From positions 743 through 64,742 of the IMG/VR virus record IMGVR_UViG_3300032259_000004: a stretch of 64,000 nucleotides of DNA, one strand, 5' to 3'. The DNA is from a virus. Taxonomy: Duplodnaviria; Caudoviricetes. Shown one piece after another: positions 26,562 to 35,431 of the stretch (the first letter of the stretch is position 1; every line of letters begins with the position of its first letter). The notes beneath the pieces are model-generated. The model saw only the letters and a program-made list of their open reading frames with translations, did no database searches and was not told the DNA's origin. The position numbers were made by a program, and so were the translations under genes.

Positions 26562-26689
26562 GACGACGCCCCGGTGGTGAGCCGGGGCGCTAGTGAGGAG
26601 TGAGGGAGCGAAGAAGGGTCGGTGGTCGCTCGCCTGGCCTGGAGCTTACACCCACTGCGCCGAACCTACAACTCGTGGGCGCAGGGGCC

Positions 26690-26739
26690 TTGACAGATCC
26701 CCACCGATGAAGTACCATCTAAGTGGAGGTGATGACATG
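26690..26739 (+). promoter_or_regulatory. Early promoter cassette 1
   Basis: TTGACA-17-TACCAT-CTAAGTGGAGGTGATGAC-ATG. Confidence 0.85.
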
Positions 26740-26925
26740 GCAACGACAACGACAGTCCTGAGAGGCAACGTCACTACCATCGAGGAGGCGGTCGCAAGAG
26801 TCCGGGCGGCGCTCCTGGAAGAGAGAGTCGCAAGAGTCCTGGCGCGGATCGGCGAAGCGGTCGCCGCGCGAGTTCTGATCCCGGTCGAGGTTCCTCGGCT
26901 GGCAACTGCGGAGGAGGTGGCATGA
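26737..26925 (+). CDS. Early hypothetical protein
   Basis: GGAGG RBS in the cassette; 62 aa. Confidence 0.6.
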   Translation: MATTTTVLRGNVTTIEEAVARVRAALLEERVARVLARIGEAVAARVLIPVEVPRLATAEEVA

Positions 26926-27161
26926 TGACCTACAACGAAGCGAAGAGGCTCGGCGAGAGCTTGGTGGAGCGCGCTCCATCGTTCGAGTACATCACGAACT
27001 GGTTGATGTCCGAGGGAGCCGCCGAGAAGACGCCTATCGAGATCGCGATGATCGCGCTGGTCGTCAACGATTTGATGCGCGGCGGGCGGGTCGGAGACGA
27101 ACTCGCGAAGCCCGAGATTTGGTACTACGCGGTCCGTCGGATGATCGACGCGACAGCGTGA
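26922..27161 (+). CDS. Early hypothetical protein
   Basis: GGAGG RBS, ATGA overlap. Confidence 0.65.
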   Translation: MMTYNEAKRLGESLVERAPSFEYITNWLMSEGAAEKTPIEIAMIALVVNDLMRGGRVGDELAKPEIWYYAVRRMIDATA

Positions 27162-27178
27162 ACGGGAAGGAGGACAGG

Positions 27179-27499
27179 ATGGGATACAGCGTGGCAGCAG
27201 CAGCAGGAAACTCAGAGCGCGAGATGCTCCGAGTGCTCACCACCCTCTACCCGGTCTACGAGAACGGCAGTCCGTTGTCGAATGGCTGGGCGCGCGGGGG
27301 TCGGGAGTATTTCGCCGAGGCAACGAGGCGGACCAACCCTGACGGCTCGGCGACCGGGACGGTCTTCCGGGTCAACGGCTCGAAAGCCTTCCGAGTGGGC
27401 GGCTACCGGGTCGATGCCGAGGGCCGAATCACTCGCTGGCCTGGGACCACGGAAGCTCTCCGAGAGAGAGCGGAACGGAACGCGGGAGCGCGGAGATGA
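27179..27499 (+). CDS. Early hypothetical protein
   Basis: AAGGAGG RBS. Confidence 0.65.
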   Translation: MGYSVAAAAGNSEREMLRVLTTLYPVYENGSPLSNGWARGGREYFAEATRRTNPDGSATGTVFRVNGSKAFRVGGYRVDAEGRITRWPGTTEALRERAERNAGARR

Positions 27500-27735
27500 G
27501 CTACGGTGAACCACCGAGATTCCGCGTCGGCGACGTCATCGAGTTCGGCGGACAACGCTGGACGGTGACCCAGGTGACCAACTGCGCGACCCGCTGCAAG
27601 CCGGTCAGCAAGAAGAAGGTCACGATTCGCGAGCGAACGTTCCAGGTGCCTGGCAAGGAAGTTTACATCTCGAACCATGCCGAGGTGCCAATCGTGAAGC
27701 TCGCCAGGAAGGGGCGGCGCCATCGGACGCCTTGA
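27496..27735 (+). CDS. Early hypothetical protein (SH3/KOW-like beta pattern)
   Basis: FRVGDVIEFGGQRWTV. Confidence 0.6.
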   Translation: MSYGEPPRFRVGDVIEFGGQRWTVTQVTNCATRCKPVSKKKVTIRERTFQVPGKEVYISNHAEVPIVKLARKGRRHRTP

Positions 27736-27782
27736 CACGACTGCCCGACCTGGGTTACCATCTAAGTGGAGGTGATGACATG
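27732..27782 (+). promoter_or_regulatory. Early promoter cassette 2
   Basis: TTGACA-18-TACCAT-CTAAGTGGAGGTGATGAC-ATG. Confidence 0.85.
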
Positions 27783-28052
27783 GCAACGAAAGTCACGAGG
27801 CTCGAAGGGTTGATGATCGACAACATCGGCGGCAACAACTTCGGCGACGGCCCTGGAGACGAGGTTTGGAGCGACAGTCTGCACGAGGGGCCGCACGGCT
27901 CCTTCGCCCCCAACGCCAGCTTCGGCGGGATCGTGTCCTCGCTGGTCAAGAAAGGGCTCGCCGGAACGAGCGGCCTGGAGGGTCGGGACGCGACGGTCTG
28001 GCTGACCGAAGAAGGCGTCAGGATCTACGAAGAGCGGAACGAGGAGGTGTGA
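27780..28052 (+). CDS. Early winged-helix-like protein
   Basis: GIVSSLVKKGLA...VWLTEEG. Confidence 0.6.
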   Translation: MATKVTRLEGLMIDNIGGNNFGDGPGDEVWSDSLHEGPHGSFAPNASFGGIVSSLVKKGLAGTSGLEGRDATVWLTEEGVRIYEERNEEV

Positions 28053-28053
28053 G

Positions 28054-28521
28054 ATGAGAATCATCGTCAACTACAGCAGCGTGGACGGCTTCAGTCGGAG
28101 GGGCGTGTTCGCGACCCTGGAGGGCGCGAGACGGTTCGCCTGGAAGTGGGTCGGTGAGAACGCGGAGGTCTCCTGGACCTTCGGCTACGCGATCTCCGAC
28201 GACGGGATCGGCAAGGTCCGGGTCAAGGGTGACGCCACGATCTTCGACGTCTTCCCACGGGCGGGTCGCGAGATTCGCGAGAGCATCGAGGAGGTCGACG
28301 ACTACCCTCCTCTGCCACGTCCCGAGTACTTCGAGTTCCCTGGACAAGAGGACGCCTGGCGGATCGAGAACCAGTACCGGGCCGCTATGCGGCGAGGGCC
28401 GGTCGAGTGCTCGGGCGGCTGCGGCGCCGAGGTCACGAACACCGATGGGATCTGCTACGAGTGCCAGTGCAGATTGCACGCGCTGGGAGACTTCAACATG
28501 GACGGCGAAGGATGGAGGTGA
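28054..28521 (+). CDS. Early hypothetical protein
   Basis: GGAGG RBS; C-terminal CSGGC..CYEC. Confidence 0.65.
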   Translation: MRIIVNYSSVDGFSRRGVFATLEGARRFAWKWVGENAEVSWTFGYAISDDGIGKVRVKGDATIFDVFPRAGREIRESIEEVDDYPPLPRPEYFEFPGQEDAWRIENQYRAAMRRGPVECSGGCGAEVTNTDGICYECQCRLHALGDFNMDGEGWR

Positions 28522-28523
28522 GC

Positions 28524-29345
28524 ATGACTTTGACGCTGACTGACTACCGGGCACTGGGGGTCGAGGATCGGGTTCGATACCTCGCGACCCTCTCGGGCCT
28601 GCGAGCCAAGCCACTGGCCGTGCGCGAGGCTTACGAAGTCGCGGTGAGCTTCGGGATGAACTCGACGGTGACCGCCGACGGCGACAGCAACGCGAAGCTG
28701 GCGAAGAGCGGCGAGCTGGCGGTGACGATTGGCCTGAACCTGATGCCCGCCGACGGCGCCGGGAAGAACGTGTGCCCCTACTCGACGCCGAACTGCCGGA
28801 GGGTGTGCCTGGGGATCGCGGCGGGCCGCAATGTCCAGACCTCGGTCCAGGCGGGCAAGGTGAAACGGAACCTGATGTTCTTCGCGGACCGCGATGCGTT
28901 CTATCTCTGCGTGGCCTGGGAGATCTCGCGGGCCGTCCGCAATCGGCCTGGCAAGACGGTCGCAGTGAGGCTGAACGTGACCTCCGACCTGAACCACGCC
29001 GCCCTGGCCCCGTACCTCTTCCTGGCCTTCCCCGAGGTCCAGTTCTACGACTACACGAAGGGCTGGGACAGGATCACCGAAGAGCTTCCCGCGAACTACG
29101 ACATCACGGTCTCTTGGAGCGAAGAGTCGGTGGACTCCGACCTGGCTTCGATCCGCGAGGGGCGCTCTCGCGTGGCGGTCGTCTTCGACGAGATCCCGAC
29201 GACGTGGCGCGGCCTCACGGTGATCGACGGCGACGAAACCGACGCGCGGTGGCTCGACCCACTGGGCGTGGTTGTCGGACTCAAGGCGAAGGGCGCAGCG
29301 AAGCGCGACACAAGTGGCTTTGTTCAGATTGGAGGTGCGCGATGA
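28524..29345 (+). CDS. GP88-like phage protein (radical-SAM-like Cys motif)
   Basis: NVCPYSTPNCRRVCL, RLNVTSD, FYDYTK, GDETDARWLD..VVGLKAKG. Confidence 0.75.
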   Translation: MTLTLTDYRALGVEDRVRYLATLSGLRAKPLAVREAYEVAVSFGMNSTVTADGDSNAKLAKSGELAVTIGLNLMPADGAGKNVCPYSTPNCRRVCLGIAAGRNVQTSVQAGKVKRNLMFFADRDAFYLCVAWEISRAVRNRPGKTVAVRLNVTSDLNHAALAPYLFLAFPEVQFYDYTKGWDRITEELPANYDITVSWSEESVDSDLASIREGRSRVAVVFDEIPTTWRGLTVIDGDETDARWLDPLGVVVGLKAKGAAKRDTSGFVQIGGAR

Positions 29346-29590
29346 CGACGAAGTACAGACTGGCGAGCCCAAGGACCGCGAGGGGTTGGCGCTGGTTCGA
29401 GAAGTCCGGCGACAAGCGACCACCGAGGCGCGGCGAGTTCTTCCTGTCGGGCGCGATCCCGACCGTCTACCAGGCGCCGAACGACCTGCCATCGGCCTAC
29501 AACATCATGGTCGAGATCGAGCCCCCACCGAGAGAGGTCACCGTCGATGGCTTCACCTACCGGCTCGTCGTTCCGGCCACGCCGATGTAG
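29342..29590 (+). CDS. Early hypothetical protein
   Basis: GGAGG RBS, ATGA overlap. Confidence 0.6.
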   Translation: MTTKYRLASPRTARGWRWFEKSGDKRPPRRGEFFLSGAIPTVYQAPNDLPSAYNIMVEIEPPPREVTVDGFTYRLVVPATPM

Positions 29591-29594
29591 CCCC

Positions 29595-29634
29595 TTGACA
29601 GATTCACCCGAATGGGTTACCATCTAAGTGGATC
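29595..29634 (+). promoter_or_regulatory. Early promoter cassette 3
   Basis: TTGACA-17-TACCAT-CTAAGTGGATC. Confidence 0.85.
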
Positions 29635-29663
29635 TGGGAGACATCGGAAAGGAACGAAAGACA

Positions 29664-29936
29664 ATGACCGCCACTGCCAACAACCTTCTGACCGACCGGG
29701 CGCTCTGGGACGAAGAGCGCGAGCGGGTTGAGCTGTTCGAGCTAGACGCCCGCAACCGGGAGTTCGCGGCGCGGACCTTCTTCCTCGTCGAGACCGAGGT
29801 CGTCGAGGCCACCGAGGCTGAGGACTTCGAGTGGGTCGTAAACCTGGCCGAGACCCGGCTCTCCGCCATCGAGATCGCGGAGGAGTGGGGCGTTGACTGG
29901 CGGGCGATTTCCGCCGCAGTGAGGGAGGCTGCCTGA
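29664..29936 (+). CDS. Early acidic hypothetical protein
   Basis: AAGGA RBS; 90 aa. Confidence 0.6.
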   Translation: MTATANNLLTDRALWDEERERVELFELDARNREFAARTFFLVETEVVEATEAEDFEWVVNLAETRLSAIEIAEEWGVDWRAISAAVREAA

Positions 29937-30088
29937 TGCGGACTCACTTCGATCCGCGCGACGGCACCGGGTTCACGAAGTGCGGTCTCCCGACCCGGTG
30001 GTATCACTCCACGACAGCGAGAGCCGACGTGACGTGCGGGCGCTGCAAGCCGAAGAAGAAGGGCAGCGAGAAGGAGGCAAAGCGATGA
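29936..30088 (+). CDS. Small Zn-finger protein (50 aa)
   Basis: H...TKCG...VTCGRC; TGATG coupling. Confidence 0.5.
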   Translation: MRTHFDPRDGTGFTKCGLPTRWYHSTTARADVTCGRCKPKKKGSEKEAKR

Positions 30089-30972
30089 CCGAGACCTACA
30101 CACCACGGAGCCGCGAGGCAATCCTGGCCGAGGCCGTCGTTCGACGGACCACGGCGGGCGATGAGGCCGTCTGGGTGACCTGCTGGAACTGCGGCGGGTC
30201 CGGGGACTTCCCCTCCCCCGTGGAGCCGCCTGGGCGGTGCCGCTTCTACTGCTGGACCGGGCGAGATGCCGAGACCTTCGGACGGATGCCCGTCAGCCTC
30301 GAAGGGTACGTGAAGCGCATCCGGGCAGAAGAGAAGATCGCCTGGTATCACGAGCGCGGCCTGGAGACTCCCGCCGAGATCAAGCGGCGCGAGAAGAGGG
30401 AAGCGGCGGTCGCTGAGAAGGCGGCAGCCTACCGCGAGACCCGCGACGAGGAGTTCGAGTCTGAGCTGTTCACGCGAGCCCACCACAACCCCGAGACCAG
30501 CGACGGCCAGGAGACGTTCTACGCCTCTCTGAGGAGCCAGCTCGAAGACAAGGGCTACCTCACCGAGAGCCAGATCGAGGCGGCTAAGACGGCCTTCGAG
30601 CGCGACGACGAGCGGACTGCGGCGAGGGCCGTCTTCGACAGCTTCGTTACCGGCTCCGCGACGATCCCCGAGGGCCGGGTCAAGCATGAGGAGTTCCAGG
30701 TCTTGTCCTCCCAGGAGCGGCAGGGATACCTGAGCGGCCAGTCGGTCACGAAGCTCCTGCTCCGGTCGCGCGACGGCTGGAAGGTCTGGCTGACCCACCC
30801 GACGATCCGGCTGCCGGAGGAGGAGTGGGGCGGGCGCCCGTACTACTGGGCCGAGCGCGGCGACGTGCTCCGGCTGAGCGTGACGATCAGCCCGAAAGAG
30901 GACGACTTCGGATTCGGTTCCCGGCCCTCGAACGCGGAGGTCGTGAGCCAGGCTCCGAGAGAGGAGGAGTGA
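30085..30972 (+). CDS. Early hypothetical protein (N-terminal Zn motif, C-terminal OB-like strands)
   Basis: AAGGAGG RBS; CWNCGGSG; YASLRSQL..KGYLTESQIEAA. Confidence 0.7.
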   Translation: MTETYTPRSREAILAEAVVRRTTAGDEAVWVTCWNCGGSGDFPSPVEPPGRCRFYCWTGRDAETFGRMPVSLEGYVKRIRAEEKIAWYHERGLETPAEIKRREKREAAVAEKAAAYRETRDEEFESELFTRAHHNPETSDGQETFYASLRSQLEDKGYLTESQIEAAKTAFERDDERTAARAVFDSFVTGSATIPEGRVKHEEFQVLSSQERQGYLSGQSVTKLLLRSRDGWKVWLTHPTIRLPEEEWGGRPYYWAERGDVLRLSVTISPKEDDFGFGSRPSNAEVVSQAPREEE

Positions 30973-31004
30973 GGACGACCTCACGGCCTACGAGTCTTCT
31001 TGAC

Positions 31005-31047
31005 TTGACAACCCTACCCGACCTGGGTTACCATCTAAGTGGAGATG
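31005..31047 (+). promoter_or_regulatory. Early promoter cassette 4
   Basis: TTGACA-18-TACCAT-CTAAGTGGAGATG. Confidence 0.85.
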
Positions 31048-31080
31048 AGAGAGACAACGACAACGGAAGGAGGCTAAGAG

Positions 31081-31722
31081 ATGGCAGTCACCTACAACGG
31101 CGAGCTGAGCTACGAGGGCGCTGTCCTCGCAACTCGCGAGCGCAACGGCTACCACGACTCGGACTTCTACGCGATTGTCTGGGACGAGGCCGAGGGTCGC
31201 CTGACGAGCGTGCTCTACGACACGACACGGGGCGCGAGCGGCGGGAGCGCCACGGTGGACGCTACCGAGGAGGTCATCGAGAAGGCGCGAGCCTGGGTGC
31301 TGGAGGTCGATATTCGGAACGAGATCGCACGAGAGGCGCGGCGGGTCGAGGAGCCCGGCCCTGGAGACATCAAGAAGGGTGATCGTCTCCGCCTCAAGGA
31401 GGCCGTCACCTTCAAGGACAAGAAGAGCGGCGAGACCATCGAGGCCGAGGCCGGAGAGTCCGGCGCGGTCATCTGGAAGGGTGCCTTCGGGACCTTCTAC
31501 CGCAACGGCTACAACAAGCCCGACCGGGGCAACACCCGCGTCGGCTTGAAGCTCGACGACGGTCGCGTGATCTTCGCGGGGCTCGACAAGTTCCGCCTGG
31601 ACCGCGAGGCCCTGACCGACGAGGAAATTCGGGAGCGCGAAACGGCCTGGACGAAAGGCAACGACCCTGCGGTCGCCTACGCCGCTGCGACGGCACCGTC
31701 CGGCTACGTCTTCGTGGCCTAG
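31081..31722 (+). CDS. Early hypothetical protein
   Basis: AAGGAGG RBS; RERNGYHDSDFYAIVWD. Confidence 0.7.
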   Translation: MAVTYNGELSYEGAVLATRERNGYHDSDFYAIVWDEAEGRLTSVLYDTTRGASGGSATVDATEEVIEKARAWVLEVDIRNEIAREARRVEEPGPGDIKKGDRLRLKEAVTFKDKKSGETIEAEAGESGAVIWKGAFGTFYRNGYNKPDRGNTRVGLKLDDGRVIFAGLDKFRLDREALTDEEIRERETAWTKGNDPAVAYAAATAPSGYVFVA

Positions 31723-31736
31723 AAAGGGGGAGTGAG

Positions 31737-32687
31737 ATGGCGAAGAAGAAGGGCAAGATCAAGGTCCGGGACATCGTGACCGAGAAGATCATGGACGCGC
31801 TCAAGGCCGGGGTGGTTCCCTGGCGGAGACCGTGGGCCATCACCGGGCGGCACAAGAACGTGACGCGCGGCAACGCCTACCGGGGTATCAACGTCTGGCT
31901 GCTCGAAGCGGCAGCCGCCTCGCGCGGGTACGAGCGGCCCCTCTGGTTGACGTTCAACCAGGCGAAGAAGTGGGGCGGCACGATCAAGCCGGAGGAGGCC
32001 AAGCGCAACGGCGGCCCCGGCCCGACGCTGATCGTCTTCTGGAAGTGGCTGGAGAAGAGCGTCGAGGACGACGACGGCGAGACCGAGGTCCGGCGCTTCC
32101 CGATGATGCGCTACTACAACGTCTGGAACGTCGCCCAGGTGGACGGCATCGAGGACCGACTCCCCGAGGAGGAGGAGCCCAAGGTCGTCGATCCCATCGA
32201 GGCCGGTGAGGCCGTGATCGACGGGATGCCGAAGAAGCCGACGATGCACTGGGGCGGTGACCGGGCGTGCTACTGGCCGCTGGGTGATCGGATCGACCTG
32301 CCCGAGCGGGACGTCTTCGAGAGCGCTGCCGCCTACTACGCGACGGCCTTCCACGAGCTAGCGCACTCGACCGGCCACGAGGCCCGGCTGGGTCGCTTCG
32401 ACTCGACCGACGTCCGGAACGCGATCTTCGGATCGACGAGCTACAGCGAAGAGGAGCTGGTCGCCGAGATGACCGCCGCGTTCGTGATGGCCGAGGCTGG
32501 GATCGAGACGCCAGAGCGGCTCGACAACTCCGCCGCCTACATCGCGAGCTGGCTCAAGAGACTCGCTGACGACCACAACCTAGTCATCGTGGCCGCCCAG
32601 GCCGCCCAGAAGGCCGCAGATTGGATCTTGGATGCTGAGGCCAAGAAGGCGAGCCCGGAGCCCGTAGAACTCAAGGAGGCGGCATAG
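31737..32687 (+). CDS. ardC: ArdC-like antirestriction ssDNA-binding protein with zincin-like C-terminal domain
   Basis: GVVPWRRPW, YRGINVWLL, WLTFNQAKKWGG, YYNVWN; HELAHSTGH, YSEEELVAE, YIASWL. Confidence 0.9.
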   Translation: MAKKKGKIKVRDIVTEKIMDALKAGVVPWRRPWAITGRHKNVTRGNAYRGINVWLLEAAAASRGYERPLWLTFNQAKKWGGTIKPEEAKRNGGPGPTLIVFWKWLEKSVEDDDGETEVRRFPMMRYYNVWNVAQVDGIEDRLPEEEEPKVVDPIEAGEAVIDGMPKKPTMHWGGDRACYWPLGDRIDLPERDVFESAAAYYATAFHELAHSTGHEARLGRFDSTDVRNAIFGSTSYSEEELVAEMTAAFVMAEAGIETPERLDNSAAYIASWLKRLADDHNLVIVAAQAAQKAADWILDAEAKKASPEPVELKEAA

Positions 32688-33536
32688 GTGACTAGCATCG
32701 CGACACGAATCCTCAAGGGCGAGACGATCCAGCAAGGTGACGCCCTCCCGAATCGGGTGGAGGAGGACACGCGGAAGGCGCGCTCCTTCATCCTGAACGC
32801 GGTCAAGATCCACGTCCAGAACGTCGCCGACTACCTGGCGGACTGGCAGAAGGGCGGCTTTTCGTATCGCGACGACCTGCCAAACTGTGCGCCGCCGTTC
32901 GAGGTGATGTGGTTCGAGTACCACTTCGGATCGCGAACCTTCGGCGTGGGAATCCAGGGCGTCGAGAACGGTCCAGGTCGGACGTTCCCCTGGACGCTGC
33001 ACTGGAGCGTTGTCGCCACCTCCCTCGACAACCAGACGATCAGCGCAGTCGCCCAGAGCAGTTGGAACGTGACCGAAGACGGGCACCTCGACATCGACCA
33101 CAGCCGCGAGATCTTCATCGAGCCGCCGTGGGGCGAGCTGTTCTGGAACGACGAGAAGGACGAGAACTACAACGCCGCGATGTTCGTCACGCTCGCGCTC
33201 CCGGCGCTGATGGCGATCTGCTTCATGCACTGCCGCAATGTCGAGATGATCGACATGAACATCGCCAAGATTGGCAAGGGCTCCCAGCTCCAGCGAAGGC
33301 GTCCTCTGGCCGAGTGGAAGATGCTCAAGATCCGAGCGATGACCAAGATCCTCGACGGCTCCGGCGAGCGAGGCGACTCCCTGGCGACCCGGCTGCATAT
33401 CTGCCGAGGCCACTTCAAGGACTTCACGAAGAGCGGCCTCTTCGGTCGGCACAAGGGCGTCTACTGGTGGCACTCCCACCTCCGAGGCGACGAGGCCGAG
33501 GGGACCGTTCACAAGGAATACGAGGTGACACCATGA
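32688..33536 (+). CDS. Conserved-looking phage hypothetical protein
   Basis: AAGGAGG RBS; C-terminal RLHICRGHFK...LFG...YWWHSHLRG. Confidence 0.7.
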   Translation: MTSIATRILKGETIQQGDALPNRVEEDTRKARSFILNAVKIHVQNVADYLADWQKGGFSYRDDLPNCAPPFEVMWFEYHFGSRTFGVGIQGVENGPGRTFPWTLHWSVVATSLDNQTISAVAQSSWNVTEDGHLDIDHSREIFIEPPWGELFWNDEKDENYNAAMFVTLALPALMAICFMHCRNVEMIDMNIAKIGKGSQLQRRRPLAEWKMLKIRAMTKILDGSGERGDSLATRLHICRGHFKDFTKSGLFGRHKGVYWWHSHLRGDEAEGTVHKEYEVTP

Positions 33537-33721
33537 GAGTCAGGATCGAGTACACGGTCGAGGTCGGCGACGACTTCAGGCGAGCGATCAATCACCACTA
33601 CGGCGAGCCCGGCCTTGCCAGTAGGAACGACGTCAAGCTGCACTTCCGACAGTACGGCCACAGCGTCACCGACGACCTCCTCTACGACCTCCAGGTGGCC
33701 GAGGAGGAGGACGACGAGTGA
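33533..33721 (+). CDS. Early hypothetical protein
   Basis: GAGG RBS, ATGA overlap. Confidence 0.55.
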   Translation: MRVRIEYTVEVGDDFRRAINHHYGEPGLASRNDVKLHFRQYGHSVTDDLLYDLQVAEEEDDE

Positions 33722-33966
33722 TCGGTCCGTGCGTCCGATCCGGGTACTGCTGTCGACGGGTGCCGTGCCCGTTCGGCCACCCCCGCGAGGGCTCGGGCTG
33801 GTGCGTCTACCTGGGCGGAGATCGACCCGGCTTCCACTGGTGCATGATCCACGCCTGGATCAAGACGCAACCAGGGGCTCGGGTCTCGCCCGCCTTCGGG
33901 GCGGGTTGCTGCTCCAGCCTGAACGGCGAGCGCCGCGACGTGATCCGCCGCCTCCGCCGCTCCTGA
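33718..33966 (+). CDS. Cys-rich protein (YkgJ-like metal/Fe-S pattern)
   Basis: CVRSGYCCRRVPCP...CVYL...C...GAGCC. Confidence 0.6.
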   Translation: MIGPCVRSGYCCRRVPCPFGHPREGSGWCVYLGGDRPGFHWCMIHAWIKTQPGARVSPAFGAGCCSSLNGERRDVIRRLRRS

Positions 33967-34055
33967 TCCTGGGCCAGATCGCGGAATCGGCCCCTCCTGC
34001 AAGTCATTGAAAACACACCACTTACCGGGCAGGTTCTCGGAGGCTCCTCCTGGAC

Positions 34056-34095
34056 TTGACAGGTTGACCCAAATGACTTACCATATAAGTGGATC
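34056..34095 (+). promoter_or_regulatory. Early promoter cassette 5
   Basis: TTGACA-17-TACCAT-ATAAGTGGATC. Confidence 0.8.
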
Positions 34096-34111
34096 TGGGA
34101 GACACAAGACA

Positions 34112-34303
34112 ATGACCGAAATCCTTCTCGCAACAACCGCCATCACGGCCTGGGGCCTGATCCTCGAAACGGGGATCGCCTGGCTGACCAGCCGGTTTCC
34201 CCTCGGGACCTTCACGGCGGTCGGCGGCAACGGTGCCTGGGCCGAGGATGAGGAGCCCCGCCGTTGGGATCGAGGACTGACAGTGAAAGGAGCCCTGAGA
34301 TGA
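34112..34303 (+). CDS. Small membrane-associated hypothetical protein
   Basis: Hydrophobic N-terminus; follows cassette 5. Confidence 0.5.
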   Translation: MTEILLATTAITAWGLILETGIAWLTSRFPLGTFTAVGGNGAWAEDEEPRRWDRGLTVKGALR

Positions 34304-34650
34304 GAGAGACGCTGAGAGCCACGAGAGGTCACCTTCTCCTGACCAAGGAGATCGAGGCCAGAATCCCCGCGACGTACTCGACCGAGGCCACGCCCCTGGC
34401 CGAGAAGATCGCGGTCGCGAAGTTCTTCAGCCCCTACTCGAACTGGACTTGGTACGTGATCGAAGGCGAGCGGATCGAGCCGGACGGAGACTGGTACTTC
34501 TTCGGCTGGGTCGAGGGCTTCGCCAACGAGCTTGGCTACTTCGCCTTGAGCGAGCTTGAGGCGACCACGGTCCTCGGCGGCGTCCCCGCTGTCGAGCGCG
34601 ACACGAGCTTCGAGCCTACCCGGCTCGGTGACCTGACGAAGGAGGTGTGA
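34300..34650 (+). CDS. DUF2958-like protein
   Basis: KFFSPYSNWTWYVIEG...FGWVEG..ELGYFALSEL..VERD. Confidence 0.8.
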   Translation: MRETLRATRGHLLLTKEIEARIPATYSTEATPLAEKIAVAKFFSPYSNWTWYVIEGERIEPDGDWYFFGWVEGFANELGYFALSELEATTVLGGVPAVERDTSFEPTRLGDLTKEV

Positions 34651-34651
34651 C

Positions 34652-34852
34652 ATGAGAGAAGGAATCCGACCCATCCCCACCGACAGCGTGACGACTGTCG
34701 AGGTCATCACGACGCTGAACTACCTCGTCGAACTCATCGAGGACGGCGAGCCCACGAGCGAGGAGATCGTCGAGCTTCTGCGCGACTACCTCGGCGAGCG
34801 AGTGGGGATGCTCCGGTTCCGGACCGCAACGACCACCAGAGAGGAGGCATGA
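34652..34852 (+). CDS. Early hypothetical protein
   Basis: AAGGAGG RBS. Confidence 0.6.
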   Translation: MREGIRPIPTDSVTTVEVITTLNYLVELIEDGEPTSEEIVELLRDYLGERVGMLRFRTATTTREEA

Positions 34853-34853
34853 G

Positions 34854-35216
34854 ATGACGAACCTGACCTACAACTTCCCCGACACCGAAGAGAGCCCTTG
34901 GCTCGATTTCATCCGAGCCGTCAACACAGCGGCCCACGAGGCCGGTGAGGAAGAGGGCATCTTCATCGGTGAGCCGACGCTGATCGGCGAGACCTGGCTC
35001 GGCTACATCGAGCCCGACCCCGAGGGCGTGCTGGCCGAGGGCGAGACGGGGCGCGAGGAGTACCCCGAAGCTCGGCTGAGCATCCTGCGACCGAACGGCT
35101 TGCCGGGGCGGCGCGCGGGAGGCGAGGCGACCATCGCGATCATCGCACTGACCGAGCGGGCCGAGAGGCTCTTCCGAGCTTCCGCGATCCGCCCGCCACT
35201 GACGGAGGAGGTGTGA
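34854..35216 (+). CDS. Early hypothetical protein
   Basis: GGAGG RBS; ends EEV. Confidence 0.65.
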   Translation: MTNLTYNFPDTEESPWLDFIRAVNTAAHEAGEEEGIFIGEPTLIGETWLGYIEPDPEGVLAEGETGREEYPEARLSILRPNGLPGRRAGGEATIAIIALTERAERLFRASAIRPPLTEEV

Positions 35217-35217
35217 G

Positions 35218-35430
35218 GTGACACGACCGGAACTCAAGGGACGAGACGCCGCGATCTACGCTGCCGGTTGCGCGGAAGGCTTGCGCCGGTACGCCGACCT
35301 GATCGAGGCCGCGCGGCGGATCTCCGACTACTACTACCCCAACAACGAGCCGAGGCTCGACACCGAAGAAGGGCGACGATGGGCCGCGCTACGAGAGGCG
35401 CTCGCCGCCGCCCCCAGAGAGGAGGAGTGA
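35218..35430 (+). CDS. Early hypothetical protein
   Basis: GGAGG RBS, GTG start. Confidence 0.55.
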   Translation: MTRPELKGRDAAIYAAGCAEGLRRYADLIEAARRISDYYYPNNEPRLDTEEGRRWAALREALAAAPREEE

Positions 35431-35431
35431 G

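Noticed and set aside
31728-31737. Spacer GGGAGTGAG matches gene junctions at ~31728 and ~37120
   Set aside because: A 9-mer match is expected by chance in SD-rich DNA, and the partner spacer has no adjacent match.
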